DNA of 24,000 nt from an uncultured Eubacteriales bacterium (GTDB lineage: Bacteria > Bacillota > Clostridia > Christensenellales > QALW01). Both the position numbers and the translations under genes were made by a program. The stretch's first letter is position 1, and every line of letters begins with the position of its first letter. This document shows positions 1 through 9,360 of this stretch, piece after piece. The notes under the pieces are model-generated. The model did no database searches and had not been told where the DNA came from. It was given only the letters and a program-made list of their open reading frames with translations. The stretch spans positions 14,390 through 38,389 of the forward strand of contig URIR01000017.1 of assembly GCA_900547955.1 (NCBI GenBank). The letters are read 5' to 3'.

Positions 1-778
1 CCACCCGTTTGCCCAGCGCCCATTCCCTTTTGAGAGTCTCATCTCCTATCATAAAATCCGCCTCTGATTTATGGCCAAAGGATTCATGCGCAAAAACCCC
101 AGCCGCAATAGGAGAAAGCACGACCGGAAAACTGCCCGGCTGAACAGGGACGGCGTTAATAAGGAAATTTTCGCATTCGTCAATAAACTCCTTTATATCT
201 ACCTGACTAACCTTTTGCTTCAGCTCCATAAAGCTGACCGCCGCCCTGGAAAACTGCTCTTCAAAGCTCTCCCCATTAAAGCCCAGTCCCAAATTGCAGG
301 CAATACCCGCCGTTTGAAAATCATGCTCAAGCTCGGCGCCCTTGCTTGAATAAAAGGAATGCAGCGTATACTTATCCAAATAGCAGGCAGTCAGGCTTTT
401 TTGATAACGGCCTTGAAAAAGAGAGGACTGCGCATACAGAAATTCCCGTTTATCCTGAATGCTTATATCCTTTACGCGCCTGTCGGAAAATTTCAGCTTT
501 TTATCCCTATTAATCTGAAACCGCTTCACAATTTCATTTGCTTCTATATCGCAGTCAGGACGGCCCATTAAATAAAGCGCGTCCAGCTCCGACTGGATAT
601 CCTCCAGCCTGCTTGTAGAAGCATAATACCATATTTGCCCGTCAAACACGCGGATAAACGCCCTCTGAAGACTTGCCTCCCGGCAATCCTCCAGGCGGCC
701 GTCCCTGTAAGAGATAAACGTATTATATCTATCCTCTATGCGCACATCCGCATAAAAGCCCGGTTTAAATTTATACAT
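1..778 (-). CDS. tldD: TldD/PmbA-family metallopeptidase, partial (C-terminal part lies off the left edge)
   Basis: Reading the reverse complement from the ATG at 778 gives MYKFKPGFYADVRIEDRYNITFISYRDGRLEDC... running open to the window edge. It contains FAHESFGHKSEADFMIGDETL, the HExxxH..EAD signature of TldD/PmbA proteins. A GGAGG motif lies just upstream of the start. Confidence 0.85.
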   Translation of the reverse strand, partial: MYKFKPGFYADVRIEDRYNTFISYRDGRLEDCREASLQRAFIRVFDGQIWYYASTSRLEDIQSELDALYLMGRPDCDIEANEIVKRFQINRDKKLKFSDRRVKDISIQDKREFLYAQSSLFQGRYQKSLTACYLDKYTLHSFYSSKGAELEHDFQTAGIACNLGLGFNGESFEEQFSRAAVSFMELKQKVSQVDIKEFIDECENFLINAVPVQPGSFPVVLSPIAAGVFAHESFGHKSEADFMIGDETLKREWALGKRV

Positions 779-808
779 AGCTCCTCCGTATGCTTTTAAC
801 CTCAGCTA

Positions 809-1315
809 TTACTGACGCTCAAGCAAAGCGCGTATGCTTTTCAGGGTTGCCAGCATCTCCTCGCGGCGGGCTTCCTCCTTAGCCTGAGCCTCCTCAAGCA
901 GCCTTGCCTTTTCCGCCTCCTGAGCCTCCTTAGCGGCTTTTTCCGCAGCGGCGGCCTCCTCAGCGGCCCGCCGTTTCTTTTCCGAATATCTTTCGCTTAC
1001 CTTTCTCAGAGCGCTTATAGCACAGAATATGCTCAAAGCTATAATAAGGAAATCCAGCACATTTTGAATAAAGCTCCCGTAAGCTATGCTTATGCCCGGC
1101 TCGCTCTCGGTAGGAGCAGATATAACCCACGTCAGCTCAGAAAAGCTGATATTTCCTATAAGCAGCCCCAGCGCAGGCATTATAATGTCGTTTACAAGAG
1201 ATGTAACTATCTTCCCGAACGCGCCGCCTATAATTACGCCCACGGCCATATCCACCACGTTGCCCTTCATGGCGAATTCCTTAAATGATTTAAAAAAGCC
1301 CTTTTTTTCGCTCAT
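809..1315 (-). CDS. mscL: Large-conductance mechanosensitive channel MscL
   Basis: [54 protein letters not shown] is a typical MscL N-terminus and TM1. The start is set at the internal Met (1315) rather than the ORF-track start at 1357. Confidence 0.95.
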   Translation of the reverse strand: MSEKKGFFKSFKEFAMKGNVVDMAVGVIIGGAFGKIVTSLVNDIIMPALGLLIGNISFSELTWVISAPTESEPGISIAYGSFIQNVLDFLIIALSIFCAISALRKVSERYSEKKRRAAEEAAAAEKAAKEAQEAEKARLLEEAQAKEEARREEMLATLKSIRALLERQ

Positions 1316-1589
1316 ATTAATATATCCCCTTTCTTTTTTCGGCATATGCCCGTACATTATATTAACGTCCGCGCTTCATTTTTGCAAGACTTTTTTCTTA
1401 TCGGACGCAGCCCATCCGGCGTTCAAAAATAAACGCGTCCCTTTCCCCGGAAATCTGCCCTGCGGTCTTTTGCCCTTTAAAAGGCCGTTTTCTCTAAAAT
1501 ATAATTAAAACGTAATATATTTTTAACTGCCTGTCGGCGCTCTTAATGATAAAATACGAATTAAATAAGGCTGTTTAAGGAGTATTTAT

Positions 1590-3614
1590 ATGAAGCAAAA
1601 TTTACTGCGTTTTTCCTGTATCATTTTATGCGCCATCCTGCTTTTTTCCGTGCAGGGCTGCTCCGAAATACCTCCCGCCTCGCCTGGCCTGACCGGTACT
1701 CCCGGCCAAACTACTGATATTCCGAACCCATCGCCCACCCAAAGCGCCTTTAATCCCTTAGAATTATATTCGCCCTATGCGCCATATGACGGTATGTATA
1801 TTTTAGACGGCGTGCTGGATGAAAAACACATGTATCTGGATTCCTGCCTGTCAAACGACAAGCTGCTGGTACTGAGAATTGACACAGACACATATAAAAT
1901 TTCCGCCGTATTAGCCGACGTTAAAAGCAACAAAATACTTGCTCAGCGGGAACTGGAGGGAGAATCGGGCGAAAACAACCCCTGGAAAGCAGGCGAAGCG
2001 GGCGATGGATTTTATATTATGGGCTCCTTCCCATATAAGCTGTATATTTACGACGGCCAGTTAAACCAAACTGCCGAGGCAGATTATTCCGAGCATATTG
2101 ATGACAACATATACGTTGACCCTTCGGGAAGCTGCTACTGGTACTGCGACCAATTAAACGGACGAATAGCATGCGTGCCGTTAAAAGGCGGCGAGCCTGT
2201 ATATTACCCCATGAACGCCGTATGGGAAGAAGATTCGCTGGTTTATATAAGCTCTTCCTTCGAGCATTATCTGCTATTGACCTCGTATGCGGTCAATCAG
2301 TCGGTTTACCTCTACGACCTTAATAACAAAAGCTACGTTCAAAGCGGAGTTATACCCTTTGACATGAAAATATACAAGGACTGTCTGGCCTATCAAACCG
2401 AAGGAGCGCTCACATATACCCGTTTGGCCTCCCCCGGTTTATCCTACAGTCTGCCTCTTCAATGCGGCGACCCCGACGTTACCGGCGAATATGAAATAAA
2501 TCTGGCGCTAAGCGGCGAATGGTTTGCTACCTGTCAATACCTTGAGCAAAGCTGCATACTGCGGCTTTACGATATAAATTCAGGTCTGTCAGCCTCAAAA
2601 ATGGTATTTGACGGCGCGCAAACTCCCGTAAGTTTAAATAACCTGCATTTTGCAGAGGGATACGCCGTACTCTCCATTTTTGAAGGGGATATTTCCAGAA
2701 TGCTCTTATGGGACTGCTTCAGTAATGTAAATGAAGCTCCCGACGTCTCCCAGGCTGTCTCCAGCATAGGCAAGCTGGACTGCGAACGCTTAAACAGGCA
2801 GCTTAAAACCCAGCTTGAGGAAAGAGGAATAAACGTTTACTACGGGCAGGAGGGCGCGGGGGATTTCCCGGATTATACGGCGCAGGTAGTTACTGACCAG
2901 GAGCTTATATACCGCGGACTGACTCAGCTTATGTCCACTATTAAAAAATTCCCCGACGGTTTTTTTAACGACCTTTTAAGCGAGGAGGTAAGAGGCATAG
3001 ATATTTATCTATGCGGCGCGTTTACTCCTATTAACCCCGAATGGGGCATTGATACCGCCTCAGCTTTCGCCGTTGTATATAATTCCAGGCAGATAATCGC
3101 CATGAATCTGGATTATATCTATTCCTTTGAGCAGACCCTCGCCCATGAATTCATGCACGCTATTGAACGGCGCATACAGCAGATGGTTTGGGACGGCCAA
3201 ATAGAGCGCGGGCTTATTCTCTGGGACGCTTTTCTGCCTGAAAATTATTATTACGCTAATTCCTACCGCGCGCCGGACGGAACCGAATACGACAGCTCCA
3301 ACCGCGCGCAGTATACCCCCTACGACCCGGCAAGCTACAGCGACATATCCAACGTATATTTTGTGGACGGCTATTCAACTACCTTTGCCAGCGAGGATAT
3401 GGCTCGGATATTTGAAAATCTGTTTGCTCAGAACGAGCTGCCTTATTTCTTTGAAAGTCCTAATCTTCTAGTAAAGGCTCAATATCTCTGCGCCGTAATA
3501 CGTCAATGCCTGCCCTCGGTTAACGCCGTTCAGGAGGCGGTATGGGAACGGAACATAGAGCTTAAGCCGGTCTCATGGTTTGAGGAACGATATGAAGTAG
3601 AGGCTATGGGATAA
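1590..3614 (+). CDS. Putative secreted lipoprotein with a zinc-metallopeptidase-like HExxH motif
   Basis: 674-aa ORF with signal peptide and lipobox (ILLFSVQGCSEIP). It also contains TLAHEFMHAIERRIQ and, later, an EDMARIFENLF segment. Confidence 0.75.
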   Translation: MKQNLLRFSCIILCAILLFSVQGCSEIPPASPGLTGTPGQTTDIPNPSPTQSAFNPLELYSPYAPYDGMYILDGVLDEKHMYLDSCLSNDKLLVLRIDTDTYKISAVLADVKSNKILAQRELEGESGENNPWKAGEAGDGFYIMGSFPYKLYIYDGQLNQTAEADYSEHIDDNIYVDPSGSCYWYCDQLNGRIACVPLKGGEPVYYPMNAVWEEDSLVYISSSFEHYLLLTSYAVNQSVYLYDLNNKSYVQSGVIPFDMKIYKDCLAYQTEGALTYTRLASPGLSYSLPLQCGDPDVTGEYEINLALSGEWFATCQYLEQSCILRLYDINSGLSASKMVFDGAQTPVSLNNLHFAEGYAVLSIFEGDISRMLLWDCFSNVNEAPDVSQAVSSIGKLDCERLNRQLKTQLEERGINVYYGQEGAGDFPDYTAQVVTDQELIYRGLTQLMSTIKKFPDGFFNDLLSEEVRGIDIYLCGAFTPINPEWGIDTASAFAVVYNSRQIIAMNLDYIYSFEQTLAHEFMHAIERRIQQMVWDGQIERGLILWDAFLPENYYYANSYRAPDGTEYDSSNRAQYTPYDPASYSDISNVYFVDGYSTTFASEDMARIFENLFAQNELPYFFESPNLLVKAQYLCAVIRQCLPSVNAVQEAVWERNIELKPVSWFEERYEVEAMG

Positions 3615-3662
3615 TTATTGCTTATATGCTTTATTATGCTTGAACAGGCAGGATAATCAGAG

Positions 3663-3695
3663 TATAATGTACCGCGGAAGAGGTACATTATATTC
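3663..3695 (+). terminator. Possible hairpin/terminator downstream of the lipoprotein gene
   Basis: ATAATGTACC...GGTACATTAT inverted repeat followed by an AT-rich, partly T-rich tract (ATTCTAATTATTTTATT). It lies between 3614 and the next start at 3730. Confidence 0.4.
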
Positions 3696-3729
3696 TAATT
3701 ATTTTATTCAATATTTTCGGAGGAGCTAA

Positions 3730-5919
3730 ATGGCAAACGCAAAATGGATATGGCTGAATGAACAAGAACCCTTTATTAATTGCTACGCCCGTTTTTTACA
3801 GGAATTTTTTCTTGCAGCCGGACAGGCGGCATGCGCTCAAATCCGCGTGGCGGCCTCGGACAATTATGTTCTAAGGCTGAACGGAGATTTCATCGCCTGC
3901 GGCCAATACAAGGATTATCCCGGCCTAAAGCATTACGATACGCTCAGCCTTGACCATTTTCTGAAGCCCGGAAAAAATCTGTTAGCTATAGACGTTTACT
4001 ACCAGGGCGCGCAAAGCTTTCAATGCGCTCAATCGGCCCCCCGGCTCTGGTATGAGCTTACAGTCGGAAACGACACCTACGCAAGCGGCCCGGAAACCCT
4101 CTGCCGGAAGCTTAAGGAATACAAGCAGGGCGAGATGGAATTAATAAGCCCTCAGCTCTCCTTTACCTTTGAATATGACGCGCGAAAAGAAAGCCTCAAT
4201 GCAGACTTAAGCCCCGCGCAGCCGGAGGGAGCTGAAAATCTCCAGGTTTTCGCGCCCGCGACCGAAGTTGCAGACCGCTGGAATACTCAGCTTGAGCCCC
4301 GGCCTATAAAAAAATGCGCTATAAAAGCTCCTGTAAATTCCCGTATTGCCGCGCAGGGCGTAATCCTAGAGCCGCCCGAGTCATTCGAGAAAGACGGCGG
4401 GGATACTGCGCCCGCAAAACGTATATATTATCAGTTAACCGCGCCGCGCTATGCCGAAGAGCTTATCAAGCTGCCCAAGAGCCACCCGCAGCCCAAAGCC
4501 TTCAATTCTCCCACGCTCACGTTTCCCTCAGAGGGCTATATTCTGCAAACTCCCGAGGGCTACGACGGCTGTTATATCCTGGCGGACCTGGGCGCAGAAT
4601 ACGCCGGATATCCTCTGCTGGATATTACCGCGCCCGAGGGCGCCCAGATTGACATAGGCTATGGGGAGCATTTAGAGGACGGCCGGGTACGCTCATATAT
4701 AGGGGGCCGGAACTTCGCCTTCAGATACACCGCCAAAAACGGCAGGCAGCGCTTTATAAATTATTTTAAGCGAATAGCCGGCAGATACCTAGAAATGCAC
4801 GTTAGCTCATGCGACCATATAATTGTTCATAACCTTACTTTGCTGCCCGAGGAATACCCGCTTAAGCGTCAGAGTTATCCGATGGGACTGACCGACGCAT
4901 TAGGGCGGCGCATTTGGGACACATCAGCCAGAACACTTGAATTATGCATGCACGAGCATTACGAGGACTGTCCTTGGCGCGAACAAGCGCTCTACGCCAT
5001 GGATGCGCGCAATCAAGCTCTGGCCGGATACTACGCCTTTAAGGAATTTGATTTTCCCGCAGCTTCATGGGCCCTTATGGCACAGGCCCTGCTGCCTGAC
5101 GGACAATTAAGAATTACCTCTCCTACCGACAGCGAATTAAGGATTCCCAGCTTTACCTTTGCCTGGGCCGTAGCCTCTGGAGAATTAGCGCAGTACGGCG
5201 GAATAGAGCGTATAACTTACATATCCGCTATAACCGAAATGCTGGATAAGGCGCTTAAGAGGCGGCGGAATGGGCTTTTATTAAATCCCGAGGGAGCGGA
5301 ATACTGGAATTTTTACGAATGGTCCAACGGGCTGGCGGGACATCTGGGGCAGGCTGTTCCTTCTATTTATCCCGAAAGCCCCTATAACGCCTTTTTCTGC
5401 GGCGCGCTCCGAGCAGGCGCGTTTCTATGCCGCGCCCTTAACGATACTGTCCGGGCGGAAAAATATGAACGGGCAGCCCAGGAGCTTAAAAACGCTTTTG
5501 AAATATTTTGGGACGATAAGCATAAGGCCTATTGCACGGGCAAATCCGGGGATGGCAGACCATATTCTGAATTAACTCAAGCTCTGGCTCTTAAATTTGA
5601 GCTTGTGCCGCCCAGCCGCTCACATAAGCTGCGCGAACGTTTAACAAAGCCGGACAACGGACTGGAGCCTATAACGCTAAGCCATTACATATATAAAATA
5701 GACGCATTAATGCAGGAACCGGAGCGTTATTTTAACACAGTTTATGAAGAAATTCTTTCAGTTTGGGGCAGCATGCTTTTCAAGGGCTGCAGTTCATTTT
5801 GGGAAACCATAGACGGCGCCGACGCTTTTGACAAGGCCGGCAGCTTATGCCACGGCTGGAGCGCGGCGCCAATTTACTTTTTCGGCAAATGGGCCAGCGA
5901 CTGCAAAACTAGCCTTTAA
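3730..5919 (+). CDS. GH78-like alpha-L-rhamnosidase / glycoside hydrolase
   Basis: 729 aa. N-terminal beta-sandwich-like segments (IRVAASDNYVLRLNGDFIACG), then HEHYEDCPWREQALYAMDARNQALAGYYAF, a GH78 catalytic-region signature, and a C-terminal LCHGWSAAPIYFF. A GGAGG motif precedes the ATG. Confidence 0.85.
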   Translation: MANAKWIWLNEQEPFINCYARFLQEFFLAAGQAACAQIRVAASDNYVLRLNGDFIACGQYKDYPGLKHYDTLSLDHFLKPGKNLLAIDVYYQGAQSFQCAQSAPRLWYELTVGNDTYASGPETLCRKLKEYKQGEMELISPQLSFTFEYDARKESLNADLSPAQPEGAENLQVFAPATEVADRWNTQLEPRPIKKCAIKAPVNSRIAAQGVILEPPESFEKDGGDTAPAKRIYYQLTAPRYAEELIKLPKSHPQPKAFNSPTLTFPSEGYILQTPEGYDGCYILADLGAEYAGYPLLDITAPEGAQIDIGYGEHLEDGRVRSYIGGRNFAFRYTAKNGRQRFINYFKRIAGRYLEMHVSSCDHIIVHNLTLLPEEYPLKRQSYPMGLTDALGRRIWDTSARTLELCMHEHYEDCPWREQALYAMDARNQALAGYYAFKEFDFPAASWALMAQALLPDGQLRITSPTDSELRIPSFTFAWAVASGELAQYGGIERITYISAITEMLDKALKRRRNGLLLNPEGAEYWNFYEWSNGLAGHLGQAVPSIYPESPYNAFFCGALRAGAFLCRALNDTVRAEKYERAAQELKNAFEIFWDDKHKAYCTGKSGDGRPYSELTQALALKFELVPPSRSHKLRERLTKPDNGLEPITLSHYIYKIDALMQEPERYFNTVYEEILSVWGSMLFKGCSSFWETIDGADAFDKAGSLCHGWSAAPIYFFGKWASDCKTSL

Positions 5920-5966
5920 AATTCCAGACTGCCCACAGCAGCTTAAGACACTCAGAGCGGGTCCTG

Positions 5967-6148
5967 CCTCCGCCTACAGGCGGAGGCCCAAAACAGCTAA
6001 AGATGCATGGACGCGCCTTACCTCCGCCTGCAGGCGGAGGCCCAAAACAGCTAAAGATGCATAGACGCGCCTTACCTCCGCCTACAGGCGGAGGCCCAAA
6101 ACAGCTAAAGATGCATAGACGCGCCTTACCTCCGCCTACAGGCGGAGG
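5967..6148. repeat. 54-bp tandem repeat array with a palindrome in each unit (four palindromes, three full unit spacings)
   Basis: CCTCCGCC-TRCA-GGCGGAGG occurs at 5967, 6021, 6075 and 6129, exactly 54 bp apart. They are separated by near-identical CCCAAAACAGCTAAAGATGCATRGACGCGCCTTA. Confidence 0.97.
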
Positions 6149-6279
6149 TAAGGCGCCGGGGGGCGGCGTTTGGCGGCCGTTCCGGCCGCCGTGGCCGGGC
6201 CCTTCGGCCCGGCCACGGGGCAGGCTTTGCCTGCCCAAACGCCGCCCCCCCGGCGCATGGTCCAGCCGGACCATGCGCG
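6121..6279. repeat. GC-rich multi-branched palindromic element, copy A
   Basis: 5' hairpin GCGCCTTACCTCCGCC-TACA-GGCGGAGGTAAGGCGC (6121-6156). Outer stem 6155-6171 with 6237-6254 (one bulged C). Inside it: 6172-6179/6183-6190, 6191-6201/6206-6216 and 6218-6225/6229-6236. A 3' hairpin GCATGGTCC-AGCC-GGACCATGC is at 6255-6276. Confidence 0.93.
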
Positions 6280-6337
6280 TCCTCTGGATTTTTCAACATA
6301 TTCTTTTCTGCTTCATTTTATAAAAGTCCATGTAAAA

Positions 6338-6368
6338 TAAAAAAACCGGCGCTTATATTAAGCGCCGG
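6338..6368 (-). terminator. Rho-independent terminator of pnp
   Basis: On the minus strand: CCGGCGCTTA-ATA-TAAGCGCCGG followed by TTTTTTTATTTTAC. It lies just downstream of the pnp stop. Confidence 0.9.
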
Positions 6369-6394
6369 AGTGTACAAACCAATTCTAGGTTCCT

Positions 6395-8494
6395 TTACTT
6401 TTTCTCATCCTTTTCAGGAATAAGCCCTTTACGAGTAAGATTGATGCGGCCTTTATCATCAATTTCAATAACCTTAACCATTATCTTATCGCCTATATTG
6501 ACAACATCCTCCACTTTTTCAACCCGCTCATTTGCAAGCTTTGAAATATGCACCAATCCATCCTTGCCTGGCAGCAATTCTACAAACGCACCAAAGGGCA
6601 TAATGCGCACTACAGTTCCAAGGTATACTTCGCCGACCTCCACATCTTTAGCTATGGCGTCTATCATCTTCTTAGCCGCAGCTCCAGAAGCGCTGTCTAC
6701 TGCATATATAATTACGCGCCCGCTATCCTCTATATCAATCTTAACGCCCGTCTCGTCTATTATCTTATTAATCATCTTTCCGCCGGGCCCTATAACCTCG
6801 CGTATCTTATCGGTATTAATATAGAAAATAATGGTTTTAGGCGCATAAGGCGAAACATCCTCTCTGGGCTTATCCAGCGTGGCAAGCATTTTATTAAGGA
6901 TAAACAGCCGCGCGTCCTTAGCCTGAGCCAGCGCGCGCTTAAGGATAGGCTCGTCTATACCCTTTATCTTTATATCCATCTGTATAGCGGTTATACCCTT
7001 TTCCGTGCCCGCCACCTTGAAATCCATGTCTCCCAGGAAGTCCTCAAGTCCCTGAATATCAGTCAAAACAACTACCTTATCGCTCTCGGTATCCTTAATA
7101 AGACCCATTGCCGCTCCGGCCACAGGCGCCTTTATAGGAACGCCCGCATCCATAAGGGAAAGAGTTGAACCGCATACGCTGGCCATAGAGGTGGAACCGT
7201 TAGAGGAGACCGCCTCAGAAACCACTCTTATGGCATAGGGAAATTCCTCCTCAGAAGGAATCATGGGCTCAAGCGCGCGCTCGGCTAAAGCGCCGTGCCC
7301 TATCTCGCGGCGTCCCGGACTGCGGATAGGCCGTGCTTCTCCCGTGCTGTAGGGCGGCATATTGTAATGATGCATATACCGTTTCTGCTCTACCTCGTCT
7401 ATCCCGTCCAGCTCCTGCGCGTCATTAAGCGCTCCGAGAGTAGTCAGGGATATGACCTGCGTCTGGCCGCGGGTAAATACAGCCGAGCCATGTGTACGCG
7501 CAAACATATGCACATCGCACCATATTGGGCGTATATCGAATACGCCGCGGCCGTCCGGCCGAATACCATAATCCAGTATCTTGCGGCGCATGGTTTCCTT
7601 TTTTATCGCATAAAGCGCATCTGAAATCTCCCTCGTCTTTTCAGGATATATTTCAGCAAAATGCCCCTGCACCTCTTCTTCTACCTGATTTTCTCTGGCC
7701 TCGCGCTCCTTGCGGTCAAAGCATTCCATAACCCATGCTATCTTATCCGTAGCAAATTCGCGCACGTCCTTTTCAATGTCCTCAGGCACCTTATAATAAT
7801 CGAAAACCTGCTTTTCCTTGCCTACCTCAGCCTGAATCATTTCCTGCCAGGCGACTAATTTCTTAATTTCCTCATGAGCTATCATGATAGCTTCAAGCAT
7901 CTGGTCCTCAGTAACTTCCTTGGCGCCCGCTTCCACCATCATTACGGCGTCCTTGGTACCCGAAACGGTAAGATTAAGCACGCTCTTTTCCCTCTGCTCG
8001 CTGTCAGGATTAATAACGTACGCCCCGTCTACCATGCCTATGGAAACGCTGCCCGTAGGCCCGTAAAATGGAATATCAGAAATAGTAAGCGCAACGGAAG
8101 AGCCAATCATAGCATAAATTTCAGGCGGAATATTGTTATCCACGCTCATTGCAGTAGCCACTACCTGCACATCATTATAAAAGCCCTTAGGAAATAAAGG
8201 CCTTATCGGACGGTCTATAAGGCGGGATGTAAGAATAGCCTTTTCGGAGGGCCTGCCCTCTCTGCGCATAAAGCCGCCTGGAATCTTACCGACCGAATAC
8301 TGCTTCTCTTCAAATTCCACGCTCAAAGGGAAGAAATCTATACCCTCGCGCGCCTGCTTAGACATAGTCGCATTAACCAAAAGCGCCGTATCTCCGCATC
8401 TTATAAGGCATGAGCCGTTCGCCTGCTCAGCGTATTTGCCAATTTCGACAGACAGCTTCCGCCCCGCAAACTCGGTTTCAAATGTTTTAAACAT
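6395..8494 (-). CDS. pnp: Polyribonucleotide nucleotidyltransferase (PNPase)
   Basis: 699 aa, full-length PNPase-like protein: [40 protein letters not shown]..., KH region [29 protein letters not shown], and S1 domain [27 protein letters not shown]. Confidence 0.98.
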   Translation of the reverse strand: MFKTFETEFAGRKLSVEIGKYAEQANGSCLIRCGDTALLVNATMSKQAREGIDFFPLSVEFEEKQYSVGKIPGGFMRREGRPSEKAILTSRLIDRPIRPLFPKGFYNDVQVVATAMSVDNNIPPEIYAMIGSSVALTISDIPFYGPTGSVSIGMVDGAYVINPDSEQREKSVLNLTVSGTKDAVMMVEAGAKEVTEDQMLEAIMIAHEEIKKLVAWQEMIQAEVGKEKQVFDYYKVPEDIEKDVREFATDKIAWVMECFDRKEREARENQVEEEVQGHFAEIYPEKTREISDALYAIKKETMRRKILDYGIRPDGRGVFDIRPIWCDVHMFARTHGSAVFTRGQTQVISLTTLGALNDAQELDGIDEVEQKRYMHHYNMPPYSTGEARPIRSPGRREIGHGALAERALEPMIPSEEEFPYAIRVVSEAVSSNGSTSMASVCGSTLSLMDAGVPIKAPVAGAAMGLIKDTESDKVVVLTDIQGLEDFLGDMDFKVAGTEKGITAIQMDIKIKGIDEPILKRALAQAKDARLFILNKMLATLDKPREDVSPYAPKTIIFYINTDKIREVIGPGGKMINKIIDETGVKIDIEDSGRVIIYAVDSASGAAAKKMIDAIAKDVEVGEVYLGTVVRIMPFGAFVELLPGKDGLVHISKLANERVEKVEDVVNIGDKIMVKVIEIDDKGRINLTRKGLIPEKDEKK

Positions 8495-8513
8495 ACTCTT
8501 TTCTCCTTCTGTA

Positions 8514-8540
8514 TTTTTAAAAGCCCCTTGCTTTTAAAAA
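8514..8540 (-). promoter_or_regulatory. Hairpin in the rpsO-pnp intergenic region
   Basis: Perfect 11-bp inverted repeat TTTTTAAAAGC (8514-8524) / GCTTTTAAAAA (8530-8540) with a 5-nt loop, upstream of the pnp start. Confidence 0.65.
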
Positions 8541-8575
8541 TGGTGAAAGAGCGGATATAATTCCGCCCTTTAATT

Positions 8576-8839
8576 TTATTTTCTCAAATTGAGCTTTTCA
8601 ATTATTGTACGGTAGCGCTCTATATCTACTGATTTAAGATAGTTGAGCAAACCGCGGCGCCGTCCGACCATCATAAGCAGACCTCTGCGGGAATGGTGGT
8701 CCTTTTTATTTATCTTAAGATGCTCGTTAAGATGATTGATTCTGTCCGTCAGAATGGCTATCTGCACTTCGGGCGAACCGGTGTCTCCCTCGTGAAGCTT
8801 GTACTCCTGAATAATCTCCTGTTTTCTAGCTTTGTCCAT
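8576..8839 (-). CDS. rpsO: 30S ribosomal protein S15
   Basis: [68 protein letters not shown]. The start at 8839 is preceded by an AGGAGG-like motif. Confidence 0.98.
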   Translation of the reverse strand: MDKARKQEIIQEYKLHEGDTGSPEVQIAILTDRINHLNEHLKINKKDHHSRRGLLMMVGRRRGLLNYLKSVDIERYRTIIEKLNLRK

Positions 8840-8870
8840 AAATATGGCCTCCTTATAATTTATCCAACCG

Positions 8871-8925
8871 CCGCATACTGAGTATGCCGTCAAGGAGAGA
8901 CGGACACCCCGGCATCCGGCTGCGG
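8871..8925 (-). promoter_or_regulatory. Candidate structured leader of rpsO
   Basis: Minus strand shows nested pairings CCGCA...TGCGG (8921-8925 with 8871-8875) and ATGCC...GGCAT (8911-8915 with 8884-8888). A competing hairpin is GCATAC-TCA-GTATGC. Confidence 0.4.
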
Positions 8926-9068
8926 AATTATTTTTATTGTAGCATAGTATGCTCCTTTTGTAAACTAATTATTATCAATTTTGCCCCTTTAGGCCCTTTG
9001 AAGCGGTCGGATTAATAATACAGCCGGATATCCTCATTTAACCCGCTGGGATTAAACCGACTGCATTT

Positions 9069-9257
9069 CTAAGCGTCAGGTTTTCTCTTATGCGCCGCCG
9101 AACTCAAGATATTTTGTACCGACGTAGTCTTGCACATTATAATTTCTTTATCATCTCCAATAAAGAAGGTCAAACTGTCGCCGGCATTTATATCCAGCTC
9201 GCATCTTATTTTTACAGGAATCATAATTAAACCGTTCGCACAAATAGTTATCGTCAT
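9069..9257 (-). CDS. AbrB/SpoVT-like small DNA-binding-fold protein, paralog 1
   Basis: MTITICANGLIMIPVKIRCELDINAGDSLTFFIGDDKEIIMCKTTSVQNILS resembles the swapped-hairpin AbrB fold (V-T-I-x-x-N-G-x-x-x-I-P-x-x-I-R-x-x-L-x-I-x-x-G-D). The start is set at the Met after a GAAAGAG box. Confidence 0.7.
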   Translation of the reverse strand: MTITICANGLIMIPVKIRCELDINAGDSLTFFIGDDKEIIMCKTTSVQNILSSAAHKRKPDA

Positions 9258-9360
9258 TAATAATCCCTCTTTCATTATTTAATTTAATGTATTTATTCTG
9301 CAGAACAAAACTTTAGATACAAAATGTTAAGATAAATTTAAGCGGAAGCGGATAAAACTA

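Noticed and set aside
5967-6148. Regularly spaced palindromic repeats resembling a short CRISPR array
   Set aside because: The intervals between palindromes are themselves near-identical (pure 54-bp tandem repeat), so there are no unique spacers, and no cas genes are present.
6121-6279. Element A as a simple bidirectional rho-independent terminator between convergent genes
   Set aside because: No T-tract follows the main stems, the architecture is multi-branched and shared with copies at other loci, and a canonical pnp terminator exists separately at 6338-6368. A contribution to termination is not excluded.
5909-6323. ORFs 5909..6274(-), 6003..6323(+) and 5828..6064(+)
   Set aside because: They arise because the 54-bp unit is a multiple of three and the region is GC-rich. 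The repetitive PPPVGGGKARLCIFSCFG-like translations reflect the DNA palindrome rather than a plausible protein.
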